A stretch of DNA of 64,000 nucleotides from assembly GCA_951406725.2 (NCBI GenBank), contig OX597821.1, positions 50,220,001 to 50,284,000 on the forward strand, in the 5' to 3' direction. Below, in pieces: positions 13,128 to 25,945 of this stretch. The translations under genes were made by a program, and so were the position numbers. Below the pieces are notes generated by a model. The model searched no databases. It had not been told where the DNA came from and saw only the letters and a program-made list of their open reading frames with translations. The DNA is from Octopus vulgaris (lineage: Eukaryota). How positions within the stretch are numbered: the stretch's first letter is position 1; every line of letters starts with the position of its first letter.

Positions 13128-13510
13128 AGGCGCAAGAGTGGCTGTGTGGTAAGTAGTTTGCTTACCAACCACATGGTTCCGGGTTCAGCCTCACTGCGTG
13201 GCACCTTGGGCATATGTCTGCTATTATAGCCTCGGGCTGAACAAACTCTTGTGAGTGGATTTGGTAGACGAAAACTGAAAGAAGCCCGTCGTGTGTTTAT
13301 GTGTGTGTGTGTGTGTGTGTGTCTGTGTGTCTGTCCTCCCCAACATCGCTTGACAACCGATGCTGGTGTGTTTACGTAACTTAGCGGTTCGGCAAAAGAC
13401 CGATTGAATAAGTTACTATGCTTACAAAGAATAAGTCCCGGGGTCGATTTGCTCGACTAAGGGCGATGCTCCAGCATGGCCGCAGTGAAATGACTGAAAG
13501 AATAAAAGAA
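13128..13510 (+). mobile_element. SINE family A
   Basis: GGCGCAAGAGTGGCTGTGTGGTAAG head through AAATGACTGAAAG tail. Confidence 0.88.
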
Positions 13511-13678
13511 TAGTAATGTTTTTAGTATATCAGATCTGAAAGAAAATCTGTTCCAATATATATATATATATATATATATTTCAGTCATTTCACTGCGGCC
13601 ATGCTGGAGCATCGCTCTTAGTCGAGCAAATCGACCCCAGGACTTATTCTTTGTAAGCATAGTAACTTATTCAATCGG

Positions 13679-13716
<38 letters not shown>

Positions 13717-13728
13717 CATATATATATA

Positions 13729-13784
<56 letters not shown>

Positions 13785-13886
13785 CGTGTTTTCGCTCAAT
13801 AAACACACACAACGCCCGGTGTGGGAATCGAAACCGCGATCCTGCGACCGCAAGTCCGCTGCCCTAACCACTAGGTCATTGTGCCT

Positions 13887-14243
<357 letters not shown>

Positions 14244-14254
14244 AATGTACGTAT

Positions 14255-14295
<41 letters not shown>

Positions 14296-14793
14296 GAGTA
14301 CTACCGAGAAGTGATGACCCTTTTGAAATTCTTTCACCCTTCCTCATATTCATCCCTTCTTGTAATAACACCTTCTAACACAGTTTGGTTCTTCAAATCC
14401 CACCTTTTTGTACTGCCACTCACCTAGTACCCCCACCATTTGATTATTTTTCCCTCACTGCCTTTCACCTCGCGTTCGATCGTCCTCATCGTCTCCCTAC
14501 TTTTCATTCTCTCACTACCTTGCTCTCTCTTAATAACATTCCACTACCACCACCACCACCATACACATTATACTTCTTCGAAAACTGGGTAAATAACTCC
14601 CCACTACCCTTCTGCTCTTTCACTCTCTCCTGTCACGCCTTCATCTTACATCAATCATTTAAACACGTTCAAGGAAGACTGTATGTTGACCGAAACTGCT
14701 GTTTGCTTTGGACGGCAAAGACCAATCCAAGGGACATCACTCTCGAAGGACTCAACCTTATATTTCATAATGTACACGGTTTACGTAACCTTG

Positions 14794-14851
<58 letters not shown>

Positions 14852-16827
14852 CTATATGTATATGTAACGGGAGGTTTTGTTTCTTAAAATCATTGCAATG
14901 ATCTAACAATTCTATCGATCTAATCATATAGGCAGACAATACGTCTTGTGGCATTTGTTCCAGCTCTTTATGTTCTGAGTTTGTATCTATGGGACAAGAC
15001 GGTGTCATGTAAGGTTATGGGAGACTGTTTTTGAATTCTCCCATGAAAATTCCATGACCAGTATGTAGTGCCTTGTCAAAGAAGTCACTAGCGGTTGTTT
15101 GTTGAGTTGATGATGTGAAGAAGAATGGAATAGGACTGGTACTTAGTCAATTAACAAGGGAGTAGCGCAAATAGTGTGTCTACCAGAACTTAAATAACTG
15201 AAACAGGTTTTTCAACCAATTTTGATTTTAATCCTGATTGGGGTGTGAAGTAAACAAAAATAACAAGGGTTTGGAAATTCTAAAATTTTTCTTCCTTTTA
15301 ATCATATTCAATGTGTAGGTTAATTTTCATATATTTTACATCCTCATCATCATCTATATTTCATCATCATTTAATGTCCATTTTCTATACTGGCATGGGC
15401 TAGAAGGTTTGACAGGATCTGTCAAGCCACAGGGCCATGTCAAACACCAATGTCAGCTTTGGCATGTTTTCTACAGCTGAATGTCCATCCTAATGCCAAT
15501 CATGTTATTGAGTGTTCGGGTTGCTTCTTTTTTTTTTTCATGCAACCAGTGCTAGTGAAGTTGCCGGACATGAAAGAAACTGGAAGAAGGAAAACAGGGA
15601 AAAGAGGAAAAAGCCTTTTCAACAAAATTGCAGTATTAGAATTTGAGAGGGAGAGGAAGGGCAATGGTTCTATGCCAGGTGTTATGCAAGAACAAGCCCA
15701 GGTGTCTTGCAATAGAGATGCATTATATAAGAATGGGTAGAAGTAGCTGGAAAGAAAATAGAAATGGTGGTCTGTTTACAGTTTCTACAATTTGTTGAAA
15801 AACCCTACAAGAAAAGCATGCTGTAAGGAGAGAACCATACAGCATCAATTCCCAACTGAAGTCATTTCACCATAAACTTGAGAAACGTGTGAATGCCTCA
15901 ACTTCTCATTTTCCTTCCTTGCCATATAGGGATAAGTTAGTTTTCAGAATAGACAGTTGGATTCTTCATTCATAAATTGTGGGGGATTTTGTTATGTTTC
16001 TTTTTTATTTTTTTTATTTCTTTGTTACCTCATCATAGAATGACCTATCCTTTTCACATCAACCCAGCTGAGACACCTCTAATGTTACCATAAAAAAAAA
16101 CCAAGTTTTAAAAGATTCATTTTCCCATTAAAACCTTTTACCATAATTTTATGCAAAAAAGAAACCCATTTTGTTAAATTATATACCAGACATCAGTTTT
16201 ATGACAAAAATAAATATATTAAATTATTGGCTGTTTTCAAAATTAATTGAAACAAATTATGTATTTCATTAGAAATTTTAAGAAAGGATTAAGTAGGGAT
16301 GAATTGCAGTGGTTCAATAATCTTCAGTGTTCCATAAACTATAGATTTCAAAGTAATTCCCTCTTCATCGCATTACCAACTAACAACTTTAACAGAGGTT
16401 GCTGTATCAAGTCACTGAAAAAGTTGGGCTTTTTTAAAGTTGTCTCCCTTGTCTTCTTTAGTATTAAACTAATAGAATACCCGAACAGCAAATGACGGAG
16501 GTATCGTTCAAAAAGGTACACCGATGAAAGTTGATAACAAAAGTATATAAGGAGGTAAATAGAAATGATCAAGTCATAAATATAATTTTCTTATTAACAG
16601 GGAAATAGGAAAATTATATTTATGACTTCCATAATACTATACAAGTATAATTAACTGCTAAAATCCATGAAGAGCAATATTATTGTGTCGAAAGAAAGTA
16701 AATCTTAGAAAATAAATCTTAGAAAGTGGATCAAACTCAACAGTTTCAAAACAGTTAAGTGTTACTCACATAAAAAGAAAGTTTAAATATAAAGACACTT
16801 AGCAGATTATGTATATATATATATATA

Positions 16828-17243
16828 GTGGAGCGCTAAGAGTATCATACGAGTGAGATCGTTGCCAGAGCAACAAACTGGCCTTCGTGCCGATGGCACA
16901 TTAAGCACACCATTCGAATGTGATCGTTACTGCGTTGCCTTACTAGCACTTGTGCTGGTGGCATGTGAAATATTCAAGCAAGGTCATTGCCAGTGCTGCT
17001 GAACTAGCTCCTGTGCAGGTGGCACATAAAAAGCACCATTTGGCCGTGGCCGTTGCCAGTACCACCAAACTGGCACGTAAAAGCAAACACTAAACTCTCG
17101 GAGTGGTTGGCATTAGGAAGGGCATCCAGCTGTAGAAACTCTGCCAGATCAGATTGGAGTCTGGTTCGCCAGACCTCAGTCAAATCGTCCAACCCATGCT
17201 AGCATGGAAAGCGGACGTTAAATGATGATGATGATGCTGATGA
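16828..17243 (+). mobile_element. Retroposon 3' end with (GAT)n tail (RTE-LINE 3' UTR-like)
   Basis: GGAGTGGTTGGCATTAGGAAGGGCATCCAGCTGTAGAAA..CCCATGCTAGCATGG..(GAT)n. The same module follows the LINE at 62150-62590 and recurs at ~15360, 21865, 48350 and 48940. Confidence 0.7.
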
Positions 17244-19452
17244 TATATATTTATTGATGCAAGAGAGAAGTGTCTTAAATAATTGAAGTTATTTCATTGC
17301 ATCAGGTATGTTAAAACTTCACTATGCTTATAACAGGATTACTTCCTCAGGATGGTCAGGAAACAATTTAATTCTGTCAAGGAGTTACTTTCTTATCAGT
17401 AGAAAGATCTGTATTTTTGATTCATAACAAGTACTACTGTTTCACACACACACTTCCACCTCATCCTGTCAGCAATTGGCAGAAATGATAAAATGCCACA
17501 AACCATGTCAGTAACAATGACCTTAATATTAATTGTAAATATCCTTTTACAGTATATCTCCTTTTAAGTAAATAAAAAATTAAATGTTTCTCTCTCAGCT
17601 AAAATGCTTTTCAAGATATATAACTAAATATAAAAATAATAAAATAATAATAAACTAAACATTTGACACAAAAGATAACTAAAGTGAGGTTAAGTAGTTA
17701 GACTGAAGTTAATAAAGGAAAAAAACAATGTGAGAGGACACACTCACACTCCAGTATATATAACAAATACAAACATATTAGTCTGCTAATCCCACCTGTG
17801 TATATACATAAGTATAAATCATACATGCATAAATATACTTGCATATATTTTTCTTCCTTACAACATCAGGATAACAATGGAACGCTTTGATGAGGAAGTT
17901 ACCATAGTGATTGTCTTGGAATTTTTATGGAAGAACAGGAAAGTGTCTATTCCCATGCTTTCCTTCAAGTGTTTATTTACATCATCTTATCATTAACTGC
18001 CAATTCTGAGGAGGAGGCAAAAGAACAATCTACTCTTGTCTTTGAATGGTACTTCGTTTATCAAACCAGAAAAGAAGATAAAGTCAATCTTGGTGACGTC
18101 TGAACACAGATCCAGTGCACACAGATCCAGAACAAACCATAATATCCAAATCTCTAACAACTCAGCCTAGCTACTGCTTTCACACGTATATCTAGCTTAC
18201 CTCATCTGGTGTTGGATTGCCATATATGGTGTTGAATCACCAGCATTCAACAATGAGTTTCCTGCATTCACCCAATTGCACCATGTTCCCAGTACATTGA
18301 GGATAGCCTAAATGTGATTTCTACTGGATTCCCAATTAAAGCAGTAATGAACAATGCACATAGGAAAAGATAAGAAACTAAAAACAGACAACCAATCATG
18401 TTACAGCTTCTTTATGACTCATTGATAATGGTTACTCTCAATAGCTGTTGTTTACTTTAGTATTTTAATCAAACAAGAAAAAAAGGATTTTTTCTTTTCT
18501 TTTTTTTTGCAACAAAATGCATGTGTAACAAACCTAGCACTGCCTGGTGATTGAACAAGGCCTAAACTCTATGGGTGAGGAAATTATTAAAGATACTTCA
18601 GCCAAAGAGTTTACCCTTATGCAAAACAGAGTAATGCAGTCAATCAAACTAGTAAAAGAGATGAGGAAAGTAGTGATTCAGGTGAATAGATATGGTAATT
18701 GAGAAATAGGCTTATCATTGTAATTCTCCTGAATTTTGGGAGTATTCTGTCCATTAGTTTTCATGCAGTGAACAAATAGTGTTTGAGAGATAGGCCTATT
18801 ATCGTTATTCTCCTGAATTTTTTTCTGATTCTATCCATTAGTTTGCCTGCAATTCTTACTCTTCAGCTGCATATGCAACTATTTATTTTTTTGCTTAGAA
18901 GCCCAAGTAGAGGGTAAATTTAGACACAGGGGCCCAGGTTTAAAAGAGTTTAATGTGTAAGTAGTTGAACATTTGTATCCCTAATGTAATTCCTAGCAGA
19001 ATCAGCATGGCACAGCATGCAACAAGGTTGTACCTCTTGAACTACATGTACAATCCACCTAACAGGATTTTATCCAGTTCTTGTTTGCCAAATTTCACTC
19101 ACAAGTCATGGGTCAACCTGAGCCCATAGAAAATGACATATGCCTAACACGTGAAAATGTAGGATTGAACCTGGGACCTCATGGTTATGAAGCAAACTTA
19201 ATAATTTGAGTATACTGCACAAGCCTATATACAAAGCTATACACACATATACATATTCAAACATGCATACATACACACACACATATATTAAAAGTCAGTG
19301 CACAATATGTACCTGTTTGCTTGAAAGAAGAGTTAAAATTCTTCAAAACCACGCATCTCTCACTATATATAAACATACACGAAGAATGTAGCAAACACAT
19401 TTAAAAAGAAGGTCATCCCATATGTAAAACTACAAAGAGGAGGGTAGATATC

Positions 19453-19510
19453 CCAGTATCAATTGATTTCGCTTTCTGTGCCGAATACACACTTAAAGCT
19501 CATCAGCAAG
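19453..19510 (-). ncRNA. Minimal type I hammerhead ribozyme motif (Penelope-type)
   Basis: Minus strand: cttg-CTGATGA-gcttt[aagtgtgtattcggcacag]aaagc-GAAA-tcaattga-TA-ctgg. Canonical core, G10.1-C11.1, palindromic stem III ATCAATTGAT, imperfect stem I. Confidence 0.7.
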
Positions 19511-19659
19511 GCTTACTATGTCATCTATTTTCAAAAACATACTCACTGGTCCATGTGTGTCTGTTCAGCTGAAGGCCCTACTACTTCCAAACGAACATTA
19601 GTGAGCAAATATAAATTCAAAATTCAAATAAGTTATCATTCTCTTTCAAAAATAATGAT

Positions 19660-21045
19660 TAAGTGGCCAGCAAACATAACCCAAATATGCAAAACATATA
19701 TTAAAATTCAGGGTACAATATGCATCTGTTCACTTAAAACTCTCCAAAACAACACATTTCTCACTATATGTAAACACACACAGAGGATGTAGCAAACACA
19801 TTTAGAAAAACAGTGGTCCCAGTTGTAATTTTTTTTGTGTTTAAATTCATTGTTTGCTATCAATCTGACTTTATATACAGAAGGTGTTCCAGCTAAATTT
19901 AATGATTTTTTGTCTCCTTTTTCAGGAACATCTTGATGTATTGGTGAAAAGTTAACAGTAGGCGCAGAAGTGACTGTGTGGTAAGTAGCTTGCTTACCAA
20001 CCACATGGTTCCGGGTTCAGTCCCACTGCGTGGCACCTTGGGCAAGTGTCTTCTACTATAGCCTCAGGCCGACCAAAGCCTTGTGAGTGGATTTGGTAGA
20101 CGGAAACTGAAAGAAGCCCGTCGTATATATGTATATATATATATATATGCGTGTGTGTGTTTGTGTGTCTGTGTTTGTCCCCCTAGCATTGCTTGACAAC
20201 CGATGCTGGTGTGTTTATGTCTCCGTCACTTAGCGGTTCGGCAAAAGAGACCGATAGAATAAGTACTGGGCTTACAAAGAATAAGTCCCGGGGTCGAGTT
20301 GCTCAATTAAAGGTGGTGCTTCAGCATGGCCACAGTCAAAATGACTGAAACAATTAAAAGAGTAAAGGGTAAGAGTAAGTGGCAGCAAACATAACCCAAA
20401 TATGCAAAACATATTAAAATTCAGGGTACAATATGCATCTGTTCACTTAAAACTCTCCAAAACAACACATTTCTCACTATATGTAAACACACACAGAGGA
20501 TGTAGCAAACACATTTAGAAAAACAGTGGTCCCAGTTGTAATTTTTTTGTGTTTAATTTCATTGTTTGCTATCAATCTGACTTTATATACAGAAGGTGTT
20601 CCAGCTAAATTTAATGATTTTTTGTCTCCTTTTTCAGGAACATCTTGATGTATTGGTGAAAAGTTAACAGTAGGCGCAGGAGTGACTGTGTGGTAAGTAG
20701 CTTGCTTACCAACCACATGGTTCCGGGTTCAGTCCAAAGCCAAAGTGTCTTCTACTATAGCCTCAGGCCGACCAAAGCCTTGTGAGTGGATTTGGTAGAC
20801 GGAAACTGAAAGAAGCCTGTCATATATATGTGTATATATATACATGTGTGTGTCTGTCCCCTCAACATCGCTTGACAACTGTTGGTGGTGTGTTTACGTC
20901 CCCGTAACTTAGCGGTTTGGGAAAAATGGTCGATAGAATAAGTACTAGGCTTACAAAGAATAAGTCCTGGGGTCAATTTGCTCAACTAAAGGCGATGCTC
21001 CAGCATGGCCACAGTCAAATGACTGAAACAAGTAAAAGAATAAAG
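19660..21045 (+). repeat. Tandem duplication (~0.7-kb unit: ~300-bp flank + SINE A)
   Basis: ~19660-19960 is near-identical to ~20378-20672; each is followed by a SINE A copy. Twin ORFs at 19708-20004 and 20477-20716. Confidence 0.9.
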
Positions 21046-21109
21046 TATTGAAGAGCATAAAGTTAGCTGACATAGAGGACTGGAAACCATCTGAATTTTG
21101 CGAGAATTA

Positions 21110-21700
21110 CCTGTGTCATGGTGATTCATGCTGGGTATCATCATGACTGCTGCTCAATGCTCTGTGAACTCTGTAATGCTTGTAAGACATTACATGAACA
21201 TCATGAAAACTAAGTTCCCCCAAACTGCGATGGTCTTTAGGTGTGTCTCTAGCAAGGGTGACATCATGCCATCCCACATCTTTGAACAGGCTTTAGGCTC
21301 AATTCAGCTATGTGAAGCTGCTGGACACTGTGGTAAGAACAGTGTCTAGCAGCTGAAGAGGTTGCTACTGGAAGGCTATACATACGACAGCAGGATTCAG
21401 CCCCCTTGCCACACCTCTGGAACGAGTCAGAAGTAGCTGTCAGAGAATTTCTACAACTCCACTAACCCCAGTTTCTGACATTCTAATTCATCTGACTGTA
21501 ATCCCATCAATTACTGTGTTGGGTGTAGTTGAGAAAGACAACAACCACTCTGCTTGCAAGTCCAAAGCCAAACTAGTGACCAAGATCAGAGGTGTTCAAA
21601 GATCTTCCCAAAGATACAGTGAGGAATGCACGTACCAGGTTCTGGAGCCATTTTGAGACTGTGATGGAAGCTGAGGATGGCTATTTTGAGTAAACTGTTC
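21110..21700 (+). mobile_element. maT/DD37D-like transposase remnant
   Basis: PQTAMVFRCVSSKGDIMPSHIFEQ, QQDSAPCHTSG and SSDCNPINY, homologous to the 6829-8101 element. Confidence 0.7.
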
Positions 21701-22771
21701 TTGCAGCCATAATCTAGTTGATATTTCTTGATTTTTTAAAAATACTTTAATTTCTGGTTAGAATATTATTTCCTTTTCCTTTCATATAAATTATCAAATT
21801 TAGCCCAAACACCCAATGTTTTGTGTGTGTGTGTGGAAAGAGAAACACACACACCACACACACATCATCATCATCATGTCTTCTTTCTATGCTGGAATGG
21901 GTTGGACAGTTTGGCACAGAGCTGCCCAGACTCATAATGTTTGTTGTAGCATGGTTTCTATGGCTGGATATCTTTCTAATGCCAACCACTTTGCAGAGTG
22001 GTTAGGAAAACTATGTCTAGCTTCGATGTTTACGCTATATTGTATCTACTGAGATTAAACAATTCATAATATTTTGGCAGTATTCAAAGCAAATTAGCTC
22101 TTGTTATAAAGTTCTCAATGAAACACATCCAGTGAAATAATCATACTGGAGAGAAAGATCCAGTATACAACCTTCACCTTACCTGAATCTTTTTTTTTCT
22201 TCTGGTATATAATATATAAGAGAAGAATTAACAATACGTCTGCAACAGTATCTATGAAATGATCATTTTAACCGTTAAATTTGTTCTTACATCAATAGCC
22301 TCAACAACAATGTTGCATTCACAGAAATGGTTCATTATTTCTCAATGAAAAGAAATTATCTATTATCTTCTGTCTTTTACTTGTTTCAGTTACTGGACTG
22401 TGGCCATACTGGGGCACCACCTTGAAAGGTTTAGTTGAACAAATCAACCTCAGTACTTGTTTTTTAAGCCTGGTACTTATTCTATCACCCTCTTTTGTTA
22501 AACTGCTAGGCCAGACGTAAACAAACCAACACCAGTTGTCAAGCAGTAGTTTGGGACAAACACAAAGGCACACACATACACATAGATAAATAAATATATA
22601 TATATATATATTTAAAGAAAAGAAGGATAAAGATACCACTTGGTAAAAGATTAAAACAAAAGCTTCAAATAACCACCATTTCTATGATAAAGACACACAC
22701 AAGCAATGTAATGAATATTTTTAAAAATTGGCCTACCTTCAGGATGGGATTTCAAGGTAGTCTAATACATA

Positions 22772-22834
22772 CCCCAATATCAATTGATTTCATACTGTGC
22801 ATGAGAGACATGCTTTGTAATCCTCAGTTGGAGA
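22772..22834 (-). ncRNA. Hammerhead ribozyme motif (left arm)
   Basis: Minus strand: ctccaa-CTGAGGA-ttac aaa gcatg tctct catgc aca gtat-GAAA-tcaattga-TA-ttgggg. Confidence 0.68.
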
Positions 22835-23015
22835 CAGTATTTAACATCTATTTCTAAAATATTCATTACGTCAACTTGTGTGCGTTTCTAACTTCATATA
22901 TTTACTTTTTTATTGTTTACGATAGTTTTCTCTTTTAACGGAACAAGACATTTAAAGATAGAAACACACACATGTTGATGTAATTAATATTTTAGAAATA
23001 GATGTTAAACACAGT

Positions 23016-23077
23016 CTCCAACTGAGGATTGCAAAGCATGTCTCTCATGCACAGCATGAAATCAATTGATATTGGGA
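23016..23077 (+). ncRNA. Hammerhead ribozyme motif (right arm)
   Basis: ctccaa-CTGAGGA-ttgc aaa gcatg tctct catgc aca gcat-GAAA-tcaattga-TA-ttggga. Confidence 0.68.
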
Positions 23078-23348
23078 TATGTATTAGACTACCTTGAAAT
23101 TCCATCCTGAAGGTAGGCCAATTTCTTAAAATATTCATTAGATTGCTCATGTATGTATTTATCATAGAATTGGTGATTTTGAAACTTTCGCTTTAATTTT
23201 TGTAGCAAGTGGTATCTTTACCCTTCTTTCCTTTAAATATTTTATACCTGTTTAGGTTGAAGTCTTGCTAGCCACCTAATTATTACTGTTCTTAACAGTA
23301 ATACTTCACATATTTACTTTATATATATATATATATATATATTATAGT

Positions 23349-23560
23349 AGGCGCGGCCATGGCTGTGTGGTTAGGGAGCTTGCTTCCTAGCTACATGGTT
23401 TCGGGTTCAGTCCCACTGCATGGGCACTTTGGGTAGGTGTCTTCCACTATAGCCCCGAGCCAACCGGAGCTTTGTGATTGAATTCGGTAGGTGGAAGTTA
23501 CTGCCGTGTGTGTATGTGTGCGTATAGCTGCTCAGTGCCTCTCCGAAAGAGAGAGAGAGG
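23349..23560 (+). mobile_element. SINE A-related subfamily ending in (GA)n
   Basis: Near-identical copy at 41765-41970. Confidence 0.8.
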
Positions 23561-23584
23561 GATATATATATATATATATACATA

Positions 23585-23801
23585 TGAGGGGGTGCTAAAA
23601 AGTTCCTGGATTTGGGCAAAAGAAAATACAGGAGGATCAGTTAATTATGATTTTATTCAACATATTTCCCTCTCAGATTCACACACTCATTGCAGTGGTC
23701 ACTCAGATTTTCTAAGACCTATAAACAAATTCGGAAGGTTGGGGCTTCCAACCAGGCCTTCTGAAATACACTTAAAACCAGGAAATTTCAGCACCCCCTT
23801 A
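23585..23801. mobile_element. Mariner-type MITE (~217 bp)
   Basis: Ends GAGGGGGTGCTAAAAAGTTCCTGG and CCAGGAAATTTCAGCACCCCCT are inverted repeats. Confidence 0.75.
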
Positions 23802-23845
23802 TGTGTATGTGTGTGTATATATATATATATATATATACACACACA

Positions 23846-24020
23846 TTATTTAAAACAGTTTGATATAGCTCCATGTGATAAAGTGTTGCGAGCCTCTAAC
23901 AGAAGCCCGTCTTTTTCAAGCTCCATCCAGTAACCTAAGCCTGAAAGAGATAGGCTTTTGTTAGAGGCCCATGAAACTTTAAGTCACATGGAACCAAATC
24001 AAACTGTTCTAAATAATACA
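23846..24020. repeat. Fold-back repeat; related copy at ~36550-36770
   Basis: TATTTAAAACAGTTTGATATAGCTCCATGTGA ... TCACATGGAACCAAATCAAACTGTTCTAAATA. Confidence 0.8.
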
Positions 24021-24089
24021 TGTAACTCTTATTAAATGAGTTGAGTGCCTTCTTCTTTCATTTGGCCACTCACATTATAAATATATTTA

Positions 24090-24660
24090 AATATGTCATC
24101 CCATAAATAATGTGGGTTTTTTTTTATATTTCTTTATTTTTCAAAATTAAGATAAACAAAGTTCTTTTTTAATCTAAAATATACTCTCCTTCATTTACTA
24201 CAATGCTCTTCCATCCATCTGGTAAACTTGCAAAGCCCCTCTTCCAAAGTTCACTTGTCCATGACGAAAAATATTCCTCCAGTTCTGTTCTTACCTCATC
24301 TACAGAATTCATATTTTTTCCATCCAAATGATTTTGAAGACTATGGAATAAATGTAGAACAGATGGGGCAATGTCCGGCGAATATGGTGGGTGGAGCATC
24401 GTTTCCCATCCAAACTGCTCCAGCCTTTGGAATGTCATCTTCGCTGTATGTGGCCAAGCATTATCCTCACAGAACACCTTTCCTCTTGAAACCAAAAATA
24501 GTTGGGTTTTTTCAAGTTCTGACTTAAGCCACTCAAGCTGCTTGCAGTAGATATTTGTTATCACTTGATTTGAGTTTAAAAGTTCAAAGTGGACTAAACC
24601 GTTCATATCCCACCAAACAGATAACAACACCTTACATGTGTGAAGACTTTCTTTAGCCTG
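24090..24660 (-). mobile_element. Mariner transposase 3' fragment
   Basis: ORF 24169-24630: LSVWWD..HFELL..EDNAWPHTA..HPPYSPDIAPS..GEYILD. Confidence 0.88.
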
Positions 24661-24736
24661 GACTATTTACCTTATTCAATGTACGGTGATCACTTATAAG
24701 CTTTAAGCTTATAAAATATTAATGTGTATGTTTGTG

Positions 24737-24775
<39 letters not shown>

Positions 24776-25749
24776 CAGGCTTCTTTCAGGTTCCCTCAAC
24801 TAAATTTACTCACAAGGCTTTAGTCAGCCCCAGGTTGTAGTAAAAGATACTAGCTCAAGGTGAAATTGATCCCAAGACCACATGGTTGGGAAGTGATTTT
24901 CTTAAGCACACAGCCAACAGTCATGCCTTCACTTGCCGTCACATACTAATTAATGGTCTTGAATCTATCATAATCAGTGTAGTGAGATAAGAAATATTAA
25001 TTAACTAAAATTATTCCTTCAATGAGAACCAGTCATTATAGTATTGACTAACTGTTGTATACTGGACAAAAGTGTTATTGATTACACCTTTTCAGAAAAG
25101 ACAAGGGAGACTATCTATGGAATTGAAATATAATACATGAGTCTTACCTTTAGTAATAAAGTAATAACTCCAGATATGTTTCTGCTTTATTAGGCTTCAT
25201 CTGCAAATTATTGTCTAACTATAAGTGCCAGATTTTAGAGTAACTAGAGAAGTATACAGGATTTTTGAAATTAACACTAAATCATGTGATAATTTTAGAA
25301 AAAGTGATGTTCATTTGTATTTTTCAATACTGAAGAGGAAAACAGTAGTCCCCACCTCAGCTTCAGACAAGGAAATCAATGCTATTTTATTTTTTTAAAT
25401 GTGTCACATCACATTACCAGATTGCAAGCTGATCAATGTTTTTCATAATATAAAAGGCAGTGAAGCATCGGCTAATATTTGCAGCAGAAACATCTAATGT
25501 AAACAGATGACACCTGTTGGGGAAAAAATTTCATTGTACTGACAAGGGAAGCACTCTTTGGCAAAAGAAGAACAAAGAACACCCAAGTAAATACAATCAT
25601 AGGTTCAGAGTTTGAACCTTGGGTCATCATAGATGAGAGGATGGATGGTTGAACAACAATACAAGTTTTGTCTATTTAACAGCAGTTTAAAAGTAGATAA
25701 TACAGACAATTTCAAGATAAAGCAGCCGATTTCAATGACTGTGCTGTGG

Positions 25750-25945
25750 CACATGGTACACAGCTGTGACACATCTCCCACAGGTGAACTACATATGGTC
25801 CATAGGCATGGCATATTTAGCCTGCAAAGATGCCACATATGATCCACAGACGTGCTGCATATAGTCCAGATATCCAAGATATGGCCCATAAGTATGCCAT
25901 ATGCAGAGTACAGGTGTGATGTATATGATTCACAAGTGTGCTGTT
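25750..25945. repeat. Degenerate ~22-bp minisatellite
   Basis: Recurrent CATATGGTCCACAG-like units. Confidence 0.6.

Larger units (their letters stand above)
22608..23240. repeat. Long inverted repeat (arms ~283 bp, spacer ~68 bp), Penelope-like pLTR pair
   Basis: 22608-22890 is the diverged reverse complement of 22959-23240; each arm holds a hammerhead motif. Confidence 0.9.

Noticed and set aside
18201-18307. Possible minus-strand exon (AILNVLGTWCNWVNAG...) ending at a GTAAGC donor
   Set aside because: One open frame, but a weak acceptor, no recognisable homology and no partner exons; coordinates approximate.
25148-25200. Minus-strand AG...GTAAG-bounded mini-exon starting ATGAAGCCT
   Set aside because: Stop codons in all three frames; no support as a coding exon.
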